A stretch of DNA of 64,000 bases. Source: Macrostomum lignano. Its lineage: Eukaryota. A program made the position numbers and the translations under genes. The notes beneath the pieces are model-generated. The model was not told the DNA's origin and did no database searches. It saw only the letters and a list, made by a program, of their open reading frames with translations. Numbering within the stretch: position 1 is the first letter of the stretch; the number at the start of each line of letters is the position of its first letter. Of the stretch, positions 44,887-56,842 are shown piece after piece. The stretch spans positions 359,687-423,686 of the forward strand of contig NIVC01000869.1 of assembly GCA_002269645.1 (NCBI GenBank), read 5' to 3'.

Positions 44887-46773
44887 TCTTATTCCTTTCT
44901 TTGAACAAATTTACCCGAATAAGGTGATTTTTAAACTGAAATAGGAACGCTTTAAAGATGTGCTTTCATTTTAAAGGACTCTCATAAATAATTTTTGTTT
45001 CTTGCTTGTTGGGTGCCCCAAAGGGGGGCACTACACTGCTAGTACATACTATTATACTATTTGTTCCGCAAATAGAGTAGGTAAATACTTACTCTAAGTA
45101 GATTGAGTAGCTTTGAAGCCGGTAATTCGAGCCATTGAAATTTTATTTTTAAGCTGCACAACAGCGGGCAGATAGTAGGGGACCTTTGTGACGCTTGGCG
45201 AGACCCGCAACTCAATTGGCAAACGAATGCGTCCACCTAAAATGCTGTATTATACACTGAGAAAAGACCAAAACTACAGTACAGTGCTACAGTGCGTGAT
45301 TCCTAAAAATGCGTGTGAAATGCTAGTTTCATTATCTACCGATCAATCACAATAATCGGTTCATAAAAAGTCCTGTCTGTAGACGGATAAACGGCTAAAT
45401 GCATCACAAAAAAAAATTCTAAAAATCTAATTTATATCTGATGGCTACATGCACCAGACGTCAAGGACAACTTAACTTATCATTTCTTATATTTTAAGTA
45501 GTCCTTGGCTTACCGTGGCGAACGAGCTGATGACTAAATAAACTGTATTAAACAAGGGTCTTCTGGCTCGAATGCCGGCATGATATTTACCGTATTAGTT
45601 GAATATAAGAACCACTGTAGTAGAGTCTGCTACAGTGGTTCTTGGTTGAATACTTCCCAGATTAGGCTAAACTCTAGCCTTGCGGGAGTTCTAGCACTTG
45701 TAATTAGGAAGCGGACCTACAACCTCCTCATCCCACAATGGGCCCTGCTACTGAGCAGTTAGGCACATCTCGCTGATTGTCTTTCAATTATGCATGAGAC
45801 GCGAGCACAGCTCAGTAAGGGAACGGAAATAGGAGGTTTGGCAGTATAGTCTTGCTCCAGCCGCTGCGCTCAGGCCATTGCATGGGACTCTGGACCTTCT
45901 CTCGGAGATCATCCTTTCGTTACCATGGCTTCCTCAGCACAACGGGCTCCACACCCCTCATTCCCTCAATCTTCTCAAGCTGCAGGCAGGATACTCCATA
46001 TATGCCCCTATCGACAGGGAGCCCCGATAATCATGCTTGCCTATCATTGACTCTCAACTGAAGCGCTGAACTTTATACTACAGAGATAGGAGTTGAATTC
46101 AAAGTTATTTGAAGAAATTTGAATAAAACAGACTCTCTGTATCGAATTTGTGAATAGCTAGCACAAATTCGAATTTATGGTTAGTTGCCTCACTCTAGTC
46201 AGCAGCATTCCCGCCCTCGCTCTTGAGCTGTCGTTTGTCGGTGGGCGCACCTCCCCCCTTTCCGGTCTGCCTGCTCCCTGCCTGCGCTTTGTTCTCTGTC
46301 TGCAGTCACTGGGCCGCTCGGCCTGTGGCCTGCTCTTTTTCAAGGATTTCTCTGTAACTAGAATCTGCAAAAGTATTCATTTTAGAGAAGGCCCAAGTTG
46401 GTAAAGAAGAAAAATTTACTTCGGTTTCTCATCCAGGTTCTAGAAGAGAAATCCCCGTCTTTGTGCGTTCTGCATCCAGTGGTCACTGGTGGTTTCACTA
46501 GTGGCCCGCCCTTCCCCTTTTCATGCGGGAGCCAGTCACATGACAAGCTCTGTTTTCTCGCAGGCCAAAGTGCAATGAACACCTTTACTGTACATTTGGT
46601 CCGCCGTGCTTATGGTGGAACCCCCTGGCCCGAAACCATTGCCCTCCTTTAGGCAGGCACTGACGTCAGTTGCTACAAAAGATACCACGTCACGCAATAT
46701 CTTGCGTGCTCTGCTGCAATGGGGTTCCCCAGGCTATAAGTGAGGACCCCTGAGCTAGCTGTGTTTCCGGCAC

Positions 46774-46776
<3 letters not shown>

Positions 46777-46830
<54 letters not shown>

Positions 46831-46832
46831 TA

Positions 46833-46866
<34 letters not shown>
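46777..46866. repeat. (CT)n microsatellite; a second tract at about 47565-47620
   Basis: Direct inspection. Confidence 0.95.
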
Positions 46867-46879
46867 AAAATCGAACTAA

Positions 46880-47560
46880 GGGAAGAAATCTGGATTAAAA
46901 AACTGGGGACTGACAAACCACCAGGTACGAACATCAGGGTTGACAATCATCTTCTCCGACCCATCCCTCTGGTCCTTCCTTTTCACCCATATACGGCTTG
47001 CCAACGAGATTGCTAAAAACTTTGAGAAGCTACAAAATAAACCAGGCTCCCGCATACTGCCCGCATTTACACGGCAACGAAATTTACAGAGCCTCCTGGC
47101 TCCCAATAAGTTGAAGTCCCAGCCAGGAAACCATTGAATCGTTTTAACCAATGCGCTCTTTTTACCTATAGAACTACAATATTTATTCACTTTGTCGTGT
47201 ATTTTATTCAAACTGCTTGACTGTACGCACAAATATCTATTTTTATGCTCCCACCCTCAATACCGCATTTTATTTAATCGTACTTCGAAAAAACAATTTT
47301 TTAATACTCGTATACTAAAATATACCATCGCTTAAACTGACCGGTTGAAAGCCTCTGGGACAAGTTAGAGCTAGAATGAACCCAGTTTAAATGTACACCC
47401 CTCATATGTACAGCAGCTCAGCGATTTTATTAGACTGAGAAAACTAATACTTAAAAGACCAACTTGCACTGCATGAAACACTGATTTTTGGCCTGACGAA
47501 GAGCCCAGAGGCTCGAAACCGGTAGCCCATACTAAATTAATTATTTTTTAAACACGCCGT
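46880..47560 (+). mobile_element. Penelope-like retroelement fragment
   Basis: LREEIWIKKLGTDKPPGTN (GIY-YIG C-terminal motif), PIPLVLPFHP..PAFTRQRNLQSLLAP (PLE linker-like) and a downstream hammerhead; flanked by (CT)n tracts. Confidence 0.65.
47489..47528 (+). ncRNA. Minimal type I hammerhead ribozyme (Penelope-type)
   Basis: TGGC-CTGACGA-A-GAGCC-CAGA-GGCTC-GAAA-CCGGT-A-GCC: core boxes, stem II, palindromic stem III (ACCGGT), GUA site, short stem I. Confidence 0.78.
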
Positions 47561-47565
47561 GACCT

Positions 47566-47615
<50 letters not shown>

Positions 47616-48273
47616 CCTCTGAGATTCTCCTCAGTTCTCAACGAGTATATTAAATTGCGAATCTACCATTATCCTGAATCAGTTTTCATCCCGAAACCAG
47701 TCCAGTGAGTCTGCTCTGAGGCTGACACCGCCCTCCCAGTCGCCCCGCTATGCCCGGAAGGATCTGCATGCTGACTAGTCGTCTGAAATCGCAAATCCGT
47801 GGGTTATACTGAAGACCTAACAAAACCATCCCAAGCGCAAAGCCTCTATTTCACACTTATCTTTTTAGTGGAATTTAGAAAGTGACGTAAAAGGCAAATA
47901 AGGAATTTTTATATTTTTTCGCAAACTGAGAAGAGGCAAATAGGCAAAGCCTAGAGTTTGTGAATCATTAACAAGTACGAGCGTAACGTGCCAACATTAA
48001 TTATCGGAAAGCAAACATGAACGGTACAAAAATATTTCAACAGGTGTTCAAATATTAATTAGAAACACGCGTTGCACTGCGGTTGGCAATATTATATGTA
48101 CAAATTTATCCATTAGCTGGCACAAACCAAAATGTAAATGTTGAAATGACCACGCTTTCATCCTCGCTAATTTTTTCATAGAAGCATTTAAAAGAACTCA
48201 TTTAAAGAACTTTCTAATTATTAATAATTTATTAATTGCAATGCCTAATTTTTAAGCATGTGTCGAAAAAAAT

Positions 48274-49425
48274 TCAAAATTTCTTAGCAACTTGAGCCAC
48301 AAAGTCGTTTCTGACCCACAGTCCGTCCCATTCGTTGAATGTAGCGATGTTCTGCACTTGGAAGCTACCCATGGACAGCAGAGAGAAGTTCCTCGAGGTC
48401 ATGAAGTGAGTCACAAACTCGTAATGTTTGGACGATTGCGGTCGCTGACCGAGCTTCCGCCAGAACTCCATCTGCAGCGCCATGATGTTGAGCTCTCTAA
48501 ACAGCTTCTCACCAGTCTTCATGAACAGGTGCTCACCGGACTCGATATCCATCTTGACGACCACATTCTTGGTGCCGATGTGCGCTCGAAGCTCGTCCGC
48601 TTTGACAGTGGTCACGGGAATCGTGTCCTCGATTGACTTCTTGACCTGCCGTTTCCAGTCAGCCAATCCGCCCGAGCCGCCTCCAACATTGCAATTCATG
48701 CCGTCAGCGTCCCAGCTGATCCGCTTGACCGCCACGTCGTCACTGATGAAGCCCCAGAAGAGCCTCAGCTTGTCGTCAAGCAAGTTCAGCCGCTTCGCTG
48801 ACATCTGCAGCCTGACCAGTGTGCGAATGTTTGCATCGATGGCCACCACGGGATACCCGAGCTCTCTGGCCTGCAGGCTGTAGATGCCAAGGTTGCTGCC
48901 GATATCGAGGAACGTCGCAGAGTTTTTCGGAAGCTTCTGTAACAGGTTGAGCATCGTCCGAATCAACAAAGTGTCCCATGCGCCGTTCGTTAGCATTTTC
49001 CTGGAAATCAAATCCTCCTTGCCGAAGGTGAATATCGGAATTCGTCCGCCGCCCATCGCTCGGGTCACATTGGCCAGAGGAGACCCTTGTCTGACAATGG
49101 TGTACAACTGCTGCGGTAAGTTCCTGTTCAGCTCGCACAGGGGAAACTTGCCCCTGACTAACTGGTAGGCCAGCGTCTTCTGACACAGCCGGTGCTGCAG
49201 GCTGGGGTTCGTGAAGTCGACATTGCGGAGCTCGTTGTACGGAGGACAGTTTTTAATCATCTCGACATCGCTCAGTGTTGGTAGCGACTCTTCAGCGTTC
49301 AGGCCTTTGTTTCGAACGAAATTTAATTTTGAAGCGCTCGAATTGTTGGGCCTCATTAGAAATGTCACCGCAAATAAGAAAACTACAGCGCAGGCCAGCA
49401 GTACCAAATTATGCTTTGTTCTCAT
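48274..49425 (-). CDS. FkbM-like methyltransferase, type II membrane anchor, single exon, 383 aa
   Basis: TM LVLLACAVVFLFAVTFL; FLDIGSNLGIYSL; VVAIDANIRT; VVVKMDIESGE; LQMEF; shares CNVGG with the 8920 paralog. Confidence 0.87.
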   Translation of the reverse strand: MRTKHNLVLLACAVVFLFAVTFLMRPNNSSASKLNFVRNKGLNAEESLPTLSDVEMIKNCPPYNELRNVDFTNPSLQHRLCQKTLAYQLVRGKFPLCELNRNLPQQLYTIVRQGSPLANVTRAMGGGRIPIFTFGKEDLISRKMLTNGAWDTLLIRTMLNLLQKLPKNSATFLDIGSNLGIYSLQARELGYPVVAIDANIRTLVRLQMSAKRLNLLDDKLRLFWGFISDDVAVKRISWDADGMNCNVGGGSGGLADWKRQVKKSIEDTIPVTTVKADELRAHIGTKNVVVKMDIESGEHLFMKTGEKLFRELNIMALQMEFWRKLGQRPQSSKHYEFVTHFMTSRNFSLLSMGSFQVQNIATFNEWDGLWVRNDFVAQVAKKF

Positions 49426-50084
49426 TGCATTGACTAGTGTGGAGCAGAGCAGAGTTAATTGCGTTTAGTTCTAGTTTAATTTCTTGAGATTTAGTGATTG
49501 GGACTCAGTGCTGGCAGTCCAGCTTATATGCACTGAGATCCTCAAATGAACGCAGCCCCACCAAGATCGCCTGGCCAACTAGAATTGGTCCTCATTCAGA
49601 AGGCGGGTGCGCGAAAGAGTATGCACTATCGTACAGTTTAAAGTTTCTTCACCAGGGACTGGATGAACCAGAGTTCCAGGCCACCAGACTGTACGGATAC
49701 AGAATATAGATTAGAGTTATGGTTGGCACACGGTGTGCCATTCACACGCTTGCCCAGTGCTGCAAAATGTGTGCAAATTGGTGAGTCGAATGGGAAGGGA
49801 GGCAACTCGGTGTGCGCAGTTCGAGCAGTCTTCCCGTGTCTTCCTACAATTGTCTCGGCTGAGCCATATAATTCTAACATCTGGTCGGAACTGGACCCTT
49901 TGCCTCGAAGAGCCACTTTGCCTCGGTCCCGCCACGCTCTTGTCAAGGGGGTTCACAAATCCCAACGTTTACTTTTCTGTAGTATAGGATTGTTCAGGTT
50001 TGAGAAAATTCAGTCAGCTCTGGTACGAGCCACCATGTTCATCTATCTCTAAAATGCGCTACTACTGCATGAGACAGATGCTCT

Positions 50085-50280
50085 GCTCTGCCTTTAACTG
50101 ACACATTTGCTGACACAACCGACACATTTGCTGACACAACTGACACATTTGCTGACACAACTGACACATTTGCTGACACAACTGACACATTTGCTGACAC
50201 AACTGACACATTTGCTGACACAACTGACACATTTGCTGACACAACTGACACATTTTCTGACACAATTGACACATTGAATA
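50085..50280. repeat. 21-bp tandem repeat (CTGACACATTTGCTGACACAA), about 8 copies
   Basis: Direct inspection. Confidence 0.93.
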
Positions 50281-51298
50281 TTGAATAAACTTACCGAGAT
50301 TCGCACAGAAAACTAGAGACCAATACTCTGTCGAACACTCAAGTAGACTTTCAGCTGGATAGCTGAGGTTGCCAAAGGCCGCTTGAGGAACATTCGCACT
50401 TTTACCGAGAGTCTCAGTCAGTCAGCAACATGCATGCAGACGACCGCTGAGCTGTCAGAGCTGGCATGAGTCAAACTCTGACAGAACAGCTCGCTGCTGG
50501 GTTCCTCATATTCTTCAACTGATGAGGCAAACGATGGGGTCTTCAGTTAGGAGCGTCGGTTGCGTTTATCGGGGAACAGCTCATGCTGTCCCAGCTTGAG
50601 AATCCTGAGTTTTGAAGAGTTTACTCAGTTTTATAAGGAAAAACAGATGATCAGAATCGGTTGCTGCAAACAGAGGTCATGCAATATTTGTATTAGAAGG
50701 CGCTCTGAAACTCGCGCATCTTCAGTATGCGAATCAGCTGTGTAGGTAAACTCCGGCTAGGGAAGCCTCTCTATCTCATGGATGGCCTCTCATCTCGTAT
50801 CTCTTCTCGTCTCCTCTCTCCTCTCTCTCCTCTCCTCTCTTCTATTCCCTCTCCTTTCCTCTGTCTATGGTCATAAAAGACTGCTAACGGCTTTTTAGCT
50901 GCGGCTTGGACTGCTTTTCCGTGACATCCTCCGGGCGTGAGAAGGCGGAATGCACTCATTGCGACATTTGCGGCTGCTCAATAACAGTATTTACCTAGAG
51001 TTGACTTCTTAGCTTCTCTCGCTTTATGTGCAATTATTATTTGTTTTGTTCATTAAATTCTTAACTTTGTAAAACAACTTTGCAAAATCGTAAAAAATTG
51101 AACGACTGACAGCAGAACATGAAATATAGCAACGCGAAATGTAAAAACTAAAGACAGTTTCGTCATTATTGACAATCATTAGAAATGAATTTTTAGTATA
51201 TAGGATTCTGGCAAAGGATCGCGATCTCCAGCCTCAGTTTCTCATTTCGCAGAGGCAGTTTTTTCCAACAGCAGCTCTTTTTCTAGTCCTTATCACCG

Positions 51299-52175
51299 GT
51301 GCAGACAGCTTTACGCTTCAATAGCTTCCTCTCAGGCCTCGCATTTGTAGAAGTGCTCTCACTGAGGAGTACCATCGGGATGTCGAACTGCCTCGTTGAC
51401 TGGGCGTGCCGCCCACATTGTCGCGGCTCATCAGCGTGGCTGACTCAGGACTTTGTTGACTCGGCGAGCCGCCCACATTGTCGCGGCTCATCAGCGTGGC
51501 TGACTCAGGACTTTGTTGACTCGGCGAGCCGCCCACATTGTCTGTCGCAGCTCATCAGCGTGGCTGACTCAGGACTTTGTTGACTGGGCGAGCCGCTCAC
51601 ATTGTCGCGGCTCATCAGCGTGGCTGACTCAGGACTTTGTTGACTCGGCGAGCCGCCCACATTGTCGCGGCTCATCAGCGTGGCTGACTCAGGACTTTGT
51701 TGACTGGGCGAGCCGCTCACATTGTCGCGGCTCATCAGCGTGGCTGACTCAGGACTTTGTTGACTCGGCGAGCCGCCCACATTGTCGCAGCTCATCGGCG
51801 AGCCGCCAGTTTTGTCACTGCAATCATGAAATATCTCCGAATCTTCGACGGCCAAGCCGTTCACGCCCGCGCTCCCACGACCAATAACATCCAGCACTAA
51901 GTTGTCAATTTCACTTAGCTGTTTCTCGTGGCCTCCATCGTTACCAGTCCTTCTCGATTCATCGACTTTCTTGAGTGCCGCCAGTCGCAGATTTCTCCAT
52001 AGTGTGTCGCGCAACTGCATTACTGACTTGAGCGTCCAGGATGGACTTTATCTCCGTCCACGCTCGCAACTTTTTTCTTTTTTCGTCCGCTAAATCATTG
52101 AACTTCCCCATCAGCACGTCTCTTCTGCGTAGAATCTCCGTCAAAAGATCTTCTTGCTCTCTGTCTAAACCATTC
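51299..52175 (-). pseudogene. Myb/SANT-like DNA-binding protein (Harbinger ORF2 type), copy A, frameshifted
   Basis: LLTEILRRRDVLMGKF..EKRKKLRAWTEI; QLRDTLWRNLR...KK; C-terminal 20-aa repeats. Confidence 0.7.
51400..51800. repeat. 60-bp tandem repeat, about 6-7 copies, inside Myb/SANT copy A
   Basis: GCCGCCCACATTGTCGCGGCTCATCAGCGTGGCTGACTCAGGACTTTGTTGAC units; minus strand reads SRDNVGGSPSQQSPESATLM. Confidence 0.93.
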
Positions 52176-53333
52176 TTCTCGTATTAATCAAAAATTTAGA
52201 TTAATTCAATCGGCCTTGCTTTTTTCGCAAGTTATTGGCACTCTATGCTAGGCGACCTCAATAATCTTTGTTTGCAGCACAAGAATCTGAACAGTAAAAC
52301 ATTTGTCTATGGCCAAATCCACGAATCTTTAGTCAAGCAGCTAAAAGTGACAGTTTATTTTAGTCTTTGGTCTGAAGCAAAGGCAGAGGACTTGTTTCTT
52401 GTTTCTTGGATGCGAGTCCGAAGCTTATGCTTCAGACCATAGACTAAAATAAACGGATATAATGTATTTATACCACGCTTGGCCATATAGCTCGTAACAT
52501 TGGTAGATTGTATTGCTACGCGCACTCGTGTTTTGGCCATTATTCGACTCAGTTGCATACTATACAAGTGCATTGTATTTTTACTTTTACCCAGCGCCAT
52601 GTCATTATTCCACAACTTTGCGGTCATTATTTAACACTTTTGTCGCTGTCATTATTCAACATTTTTTGGCTCTGGTGCTATTAGCTGTTTTGCGATTAGT
52701 TTACCATAGACGAAACACACAGAGCTATACGAGGTCTACCATATACTTAGATGGGCCATAGACAAAACAGTTTCCTCAGAGTCCGTCTTTGATTATGTTA
52801 TGTGATTCTCAAAAATTAAAACGCTCTCTCTACAAAGCAACTATGGCTGCGCTTATTAATTGGAAACATCTTCTCGTGGACTCGCTACGAGCGTAAATGG
52901 AGTCAAGATGGACGAGTTGCAACTGCTGTCTGAGCACAGTTCAACGGACCACCACGATGACCAGGCCTTGCGGGATTTCATTGATTGGATTGAGAACGAC
53001 CATGGAACTGAAGAACAGCCGGACCTGCCGGAAGTGGATGGCTTCAATGAGCAGTTGGGAACTGCCGCTTTGAGAACTGCAGCTTTAATTTCGGGGCGAG
53101 TAAGTAAACATTCGCTGTAAAATCTTGACTACAAACTGATGAAGAGTGTTGCAAAAGTTAAGCTTAACGAAATTATCTTTTCTTCATGCAATTTGGCGTT
53201 TTCAACATTGCATTTGTTCGATATCAATTAATAAGTATATAATATTTCAAGGAAGCCTCTACTGTCAAATGGTTCACGGGTTTATCTGTTAAAATACACT
53301 TAATAGCAGTTACGTAATTTCAAATTCTTATGT

Positions 53334-53845
53334 CTATGGCCTAGAACCGAAAAGTGTGGAATAATGGCCAAATGGTACATGGTACATTGATGGTACCTGC
53401 GCTGACGTACTTGGTATTGGGTATTCTAGACTGAATCTGACGTCACGAGCCTTTGTCGGCATCCCTTCCTTCTCCTTTGTCGGCGTCCTTTCCTTCTCCT
53501 TTGTCGGCATCTCTTCCTTCTCCCTTGTTGGCGTCCCTGGAGTAGAATCGTCGACGGGCAGTCCAGTCACACCGGCACTGTCTTTCCCAATGATATCGAG
53601 GATCAGGTAGTCCAATTCCGTTAATTGCTTTTCAGTGCCAACGTCACTCCCTGTTCGTCGATTCTCGTCAACCTTCTTCACGGTTGCCATTCGAAGGTTC
53701 TTCCAAAGGACGTCTCGCAACTGGCCGATGTCCTTATTAACTCCGTGCGTCTTCATAGCGCCCACCACCTCGTTCCATGATCGCGCCTTCTTACGTTTTC
53801 CGTCTGCGTAGTTGTCGAACTTGCCGAACTGGGATTTTTTTGTCA
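53334..53845 (-). pseudogene. Myb/SANT-like protein copy B (5'-truncated)
   Basis: QFGKFDNYADGKRKKARSWNEV..QLRDVLWKNLRMATVKKVDENRRTG, homologous to copy A. Confidence 0.72.
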
Positions 53846-54015
53846 ATGCGGATTTTAAACAACGCTTTCGGGTAAATCCCGCTACTGAAGAGGCGCTGCT
53901 GCAGCAAATCGAAGAACAACTGGCACCGGCAAGCAGGCAAAACTGTGCGATATTCCCCAAGAAAACAGCTTTTAACGACACTTCGATATTACGCTACCAA
54001 TGGCTCTCGACCGTA
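53846..54015 (+). pseudogene. Harbinger/HARBI1-type transposase N-terminal HTH fragment
   Basis: DFKQRFRVNPAT.EALLQQIEEQL..NCAI.P then, after a frameshift, KQLLTTLRYYATNG. Confidence 0.65.
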
Positions 54016-54054
54016 GCCATTCGGATGTTTTTACACAGGTTGTCTCTTAGTTGA

Positions 54055-54267
54055 TTAGCATTCTTGTGGACTCCCAAGCTCCGCTTCCACTTCCATGACC
54101 ACATTCCATGCAGCCGACTTTTTTCTTCTCCCGTCCGAATAGCTGTCGAACTTTCCTAAAATGATCTCCTTCCGCTTTAGAATCCTCACCAGGAAAATAA
54201 ATTCTCTTCGATTCAAAAGAGACCATGTTAGTATCTTGCTTGTGTTACGTAAAAACTCACTGAGCAT
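54055..54267 (-). pseudogene. Myb/SANT-like protein copy C (N-terminal fragment)
   Basis: ILKRKEIILGKFDSYSDGRRKKSAAWNVV. Confidence 0.65.
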
Positions 54268-54859
54268 ATTTCTACTCCCACACAGAAAAGCAATCGTCCA
54301 TGGCTAGACTTGTCTTAACACGGATTTTAGTCGTGGATAAAAGGACATGCATTTTAGCATTGCTTTATAAAATCGATTTTTACCATGTATTAAATAAGTG
54401 GATATTTTACCCATTGGTAGCCGACATGGATTAGAGTCTTTATACAATTGGTGCTATTTAGAAGGTTGAGATTAGGAAACATAGGAACATTTAGGGCGGG
54501 GCAAGCAGGTGCCTCTACCTAGCAGGCAAAGCGAACAGAAAGGCTTCCCAGCAACGGGGGGCTTTAGATCCCCAACGCCTGTGGGAAAGATTTTCTTATT
54601 GCTATGATTCCCAGTACAAAGCTCATCACGTCCTCCACCATTCAACCGAAGAAGTATTTCTTTCATCTACAGAGGTCATCAGTAGAAGATCTGTCACCAA
54701 GTATTTTTCAGAATCAAATTGTGATAGAAGCGCTTCTCTGCTTCAATCGCTTCAAGCAACTGAAGCTACAAGCGCAAAAGTCCACGATAGGAATCAAAAG
54801 TTTTGGCGATACCAGGAGATTCCCCGCTACCCCAACCGCTATCGCCCTCATCATCATTC

Positions 54860-55600
54860 CCCCTCAGCATTATTCACCCCTCTGCACCATTCCCCCTCAG
54901 AATCATTCCCAGCTGAATTATATTCCTCTCAGAATCCTCCCCCCCTTATCATGATTCCCCCTGAGCACCATTCTCCCTTAACATCGTTCTCTCTCAGCAT
55001 CATTCCACCTCATCATCACTTCCCCACAGAATTATTCCCTCAGAACCATTCCCCTCAGAATCATTCCCCTCAGAACAATTCCCCTCGGAATAATTCCCCT
55101 CCCCCAGAATCATTCCCCTCAGAAACATTCCCCTCAGAATCATTCCTCTCAGAAACATTCCCCTCGGAATAATTTCCCCCCCCATAATCATTCCCCTCAG
55201 AACCATTCCCCTCGGAATCATTCCCTTCAGAACCATTCCCCTCGGAATAATTTCCTTCAGAATCCGTCCCCTCAGCATCAGTCCCCTCAGCATCATTACC
55301 CCTCAAGAATCATGAGGGTAAGAATCATTCACCCTCATCATTATTCCCCCTCATCATTATTCCCCCTTATTATTGTTCCCCTCATTATTATTCCCCTCAT
55401 TATTGTTCCCCCTCATTATTATTCCCCTTTATTATTGTTCGCCTCATTTTTATTCCCCTCATTATTGTTCCCCCTTATTATTATTCCCCTCATTATTGTT
55501 CCCCCTCATTATATTCCCTCTCATCATTATTCCCCCTCATCATTATCCCCCGCATTATTATTCCCCCTCATCATTATTGCCCCTCATCATTGTTTTCCTG
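54860..55600. repeat. Two adjacent degenerate minisatellites (ATTCCCCTCAGAAT-type; CATTATTCCCCCT-type)
   Basis: Direct inspection; the ORFs over them are low-complexity artefacts. Confidence 0.9.
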
Positions 55601-56356
55601 AATTATCATTCTGTAATTAATACAATTATTAGGAGGCTCAATCAATCAAAATGGCGCCGGCTGAAATATTTTCCCACTAACGTTCGTAGCTGCACATATT
55701 GCGACCACGGTGATGACAGAGGTGACAGTTTCCTACATGCGTCAGATATTCAGGACCACTTAGTTTAATATCCCTTTTATTCGAGTGTGTCAAGTAGTCC
55801 CTGTCATACTTATATAGCTGCCTGATAACTCCTACACAGTAGCTACGTAAGTAGTAAGCGTTTTTTACGCCCATAGCTCGTTTTTACATGGCGAAATCAA
55901 TAGGAAGTTCCAAGCACTAGTTTAATGGGGATACACGCATAGCCTGTTTTTGCATAGCAAAACCAATAGGAAGTCCCAGCCACTAGACGATGAATTTCTA
56001 TCCTACCCAGGCGCGTTACCAAATCTCGTCCCCGTCATGTTCTTTCTAGCCACACTCTTTCTTCTACATACGTGGTCGTTCAATGCTGCGACCGTCTGTG
56101 TCACAGCCAAATAAAAAAGGCACATACACACGCATCGCTCTATTGCCACAATGCTTTTGTGGATCAGTTCGTTTGTAGATGAAAGCTTTTATATTTTTTT
56201 GTCCGGATAAAAAACTATCAGGTCAAGCTTGCATTAAAACAGTGAAACGCTAGCTTTTTACCGGCGGCGCAGTAGGGGTTGAAGAACATGCTTGAGAAAA
56301 AGGCTCAGAGAGGAAAACGCGCGCGAGAAAGGGCTGTTGCGAGCCCGACCATGTTG

Positions 56357-56812
56357 TCACATCACCCAGTGGATGAACGAATTTAGATCCTTTCCACTAG
56401 CAAGTTTAAAAAACAGATAGAACAGAATCCAGGCTCCACAGTGGGCGGTACGGGGATCCTGCACCGCATAGCGCGTGTAACGCCAGTTTTTTGGATCTCC
56501 ACAATTTCGGCTCATCCACTGGGAGATTTCAGGCAGCGGGTGCAAACCTAGCGGATCAAAGTATTCACCTATCCTAGCTCGTCTAACAGCGCCAATAGGG
56601 CCTGCACAGACCCAGACAGCAACCCAGTGTTTTCCGGGCAAATTGCTAGGGTCCGTGTTTACGATGAAAAAATAGTTACGCGTGTCTTGAAAGTACGGAC
56701 TCGTGTTTAGAGTAGGGATCGTTGGTAGAGAATTGCTTGGGTAAACTCCCATAAAAACTGCATCAGGATAAATACGCAATAGTTTTAGGCAGACCGAGCG
56801 CAAAAAACACAT
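56357..56812 (-). CDS. Adenain-like cysteine protease (Maverick-2)
   Basis: FMGVYPSN.LP; FIVNTDP.N.PGKHWVAV; EYFDPLG; VQ...T..CGAWILFYL. Confidence 0.9.
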   Translation of the reverse strand: MCFLRSVCLKLLRIYPDAVFMGVYPSNSLPTIPTLNTSPYFQDTRNYFFIVNTDPSNLPGKHWVAVWVCAGPIGAVRRARIGEYFDPLGLHPLPEISQWMSRNCGDPKNWRYTRYAVQDPRTAHCGAWILFYLFFKLASGKDLNSFIHWVM

Positions 56813-56842
56813 TAGTTACGCCAGATAGGATAGTAGTGTTAT

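Noticed and set aside
45400-46760. Coding potential in short ORFs between the 30-bp array and the (CT)n tract
   Set aside because: No recognisable motifs in any frame; left unannotated.
49638-49990. Possible GIY-YIG relic on the minus strand
   Set aside because: Only weak partial resemblance (SPICTHF, ELWFIQSL); no convincing motif set.
50860-53340. Recurrent CATAGAC/GTCTATG words as transposon termini
   Set aside because: I could not pair them into extended TIRs with a TSD.
54951-55768. ORFs across the ATTCCCC-rich repeats
   Set aside because: Low-complexity repeat translations.
55850-55860. AGTAGT as the proven left terminus of Maverick-2
   Set aside because: Plausible but unverifiable, because the partner TIR and TSD lie outside the window; used only as a tentative boundary.
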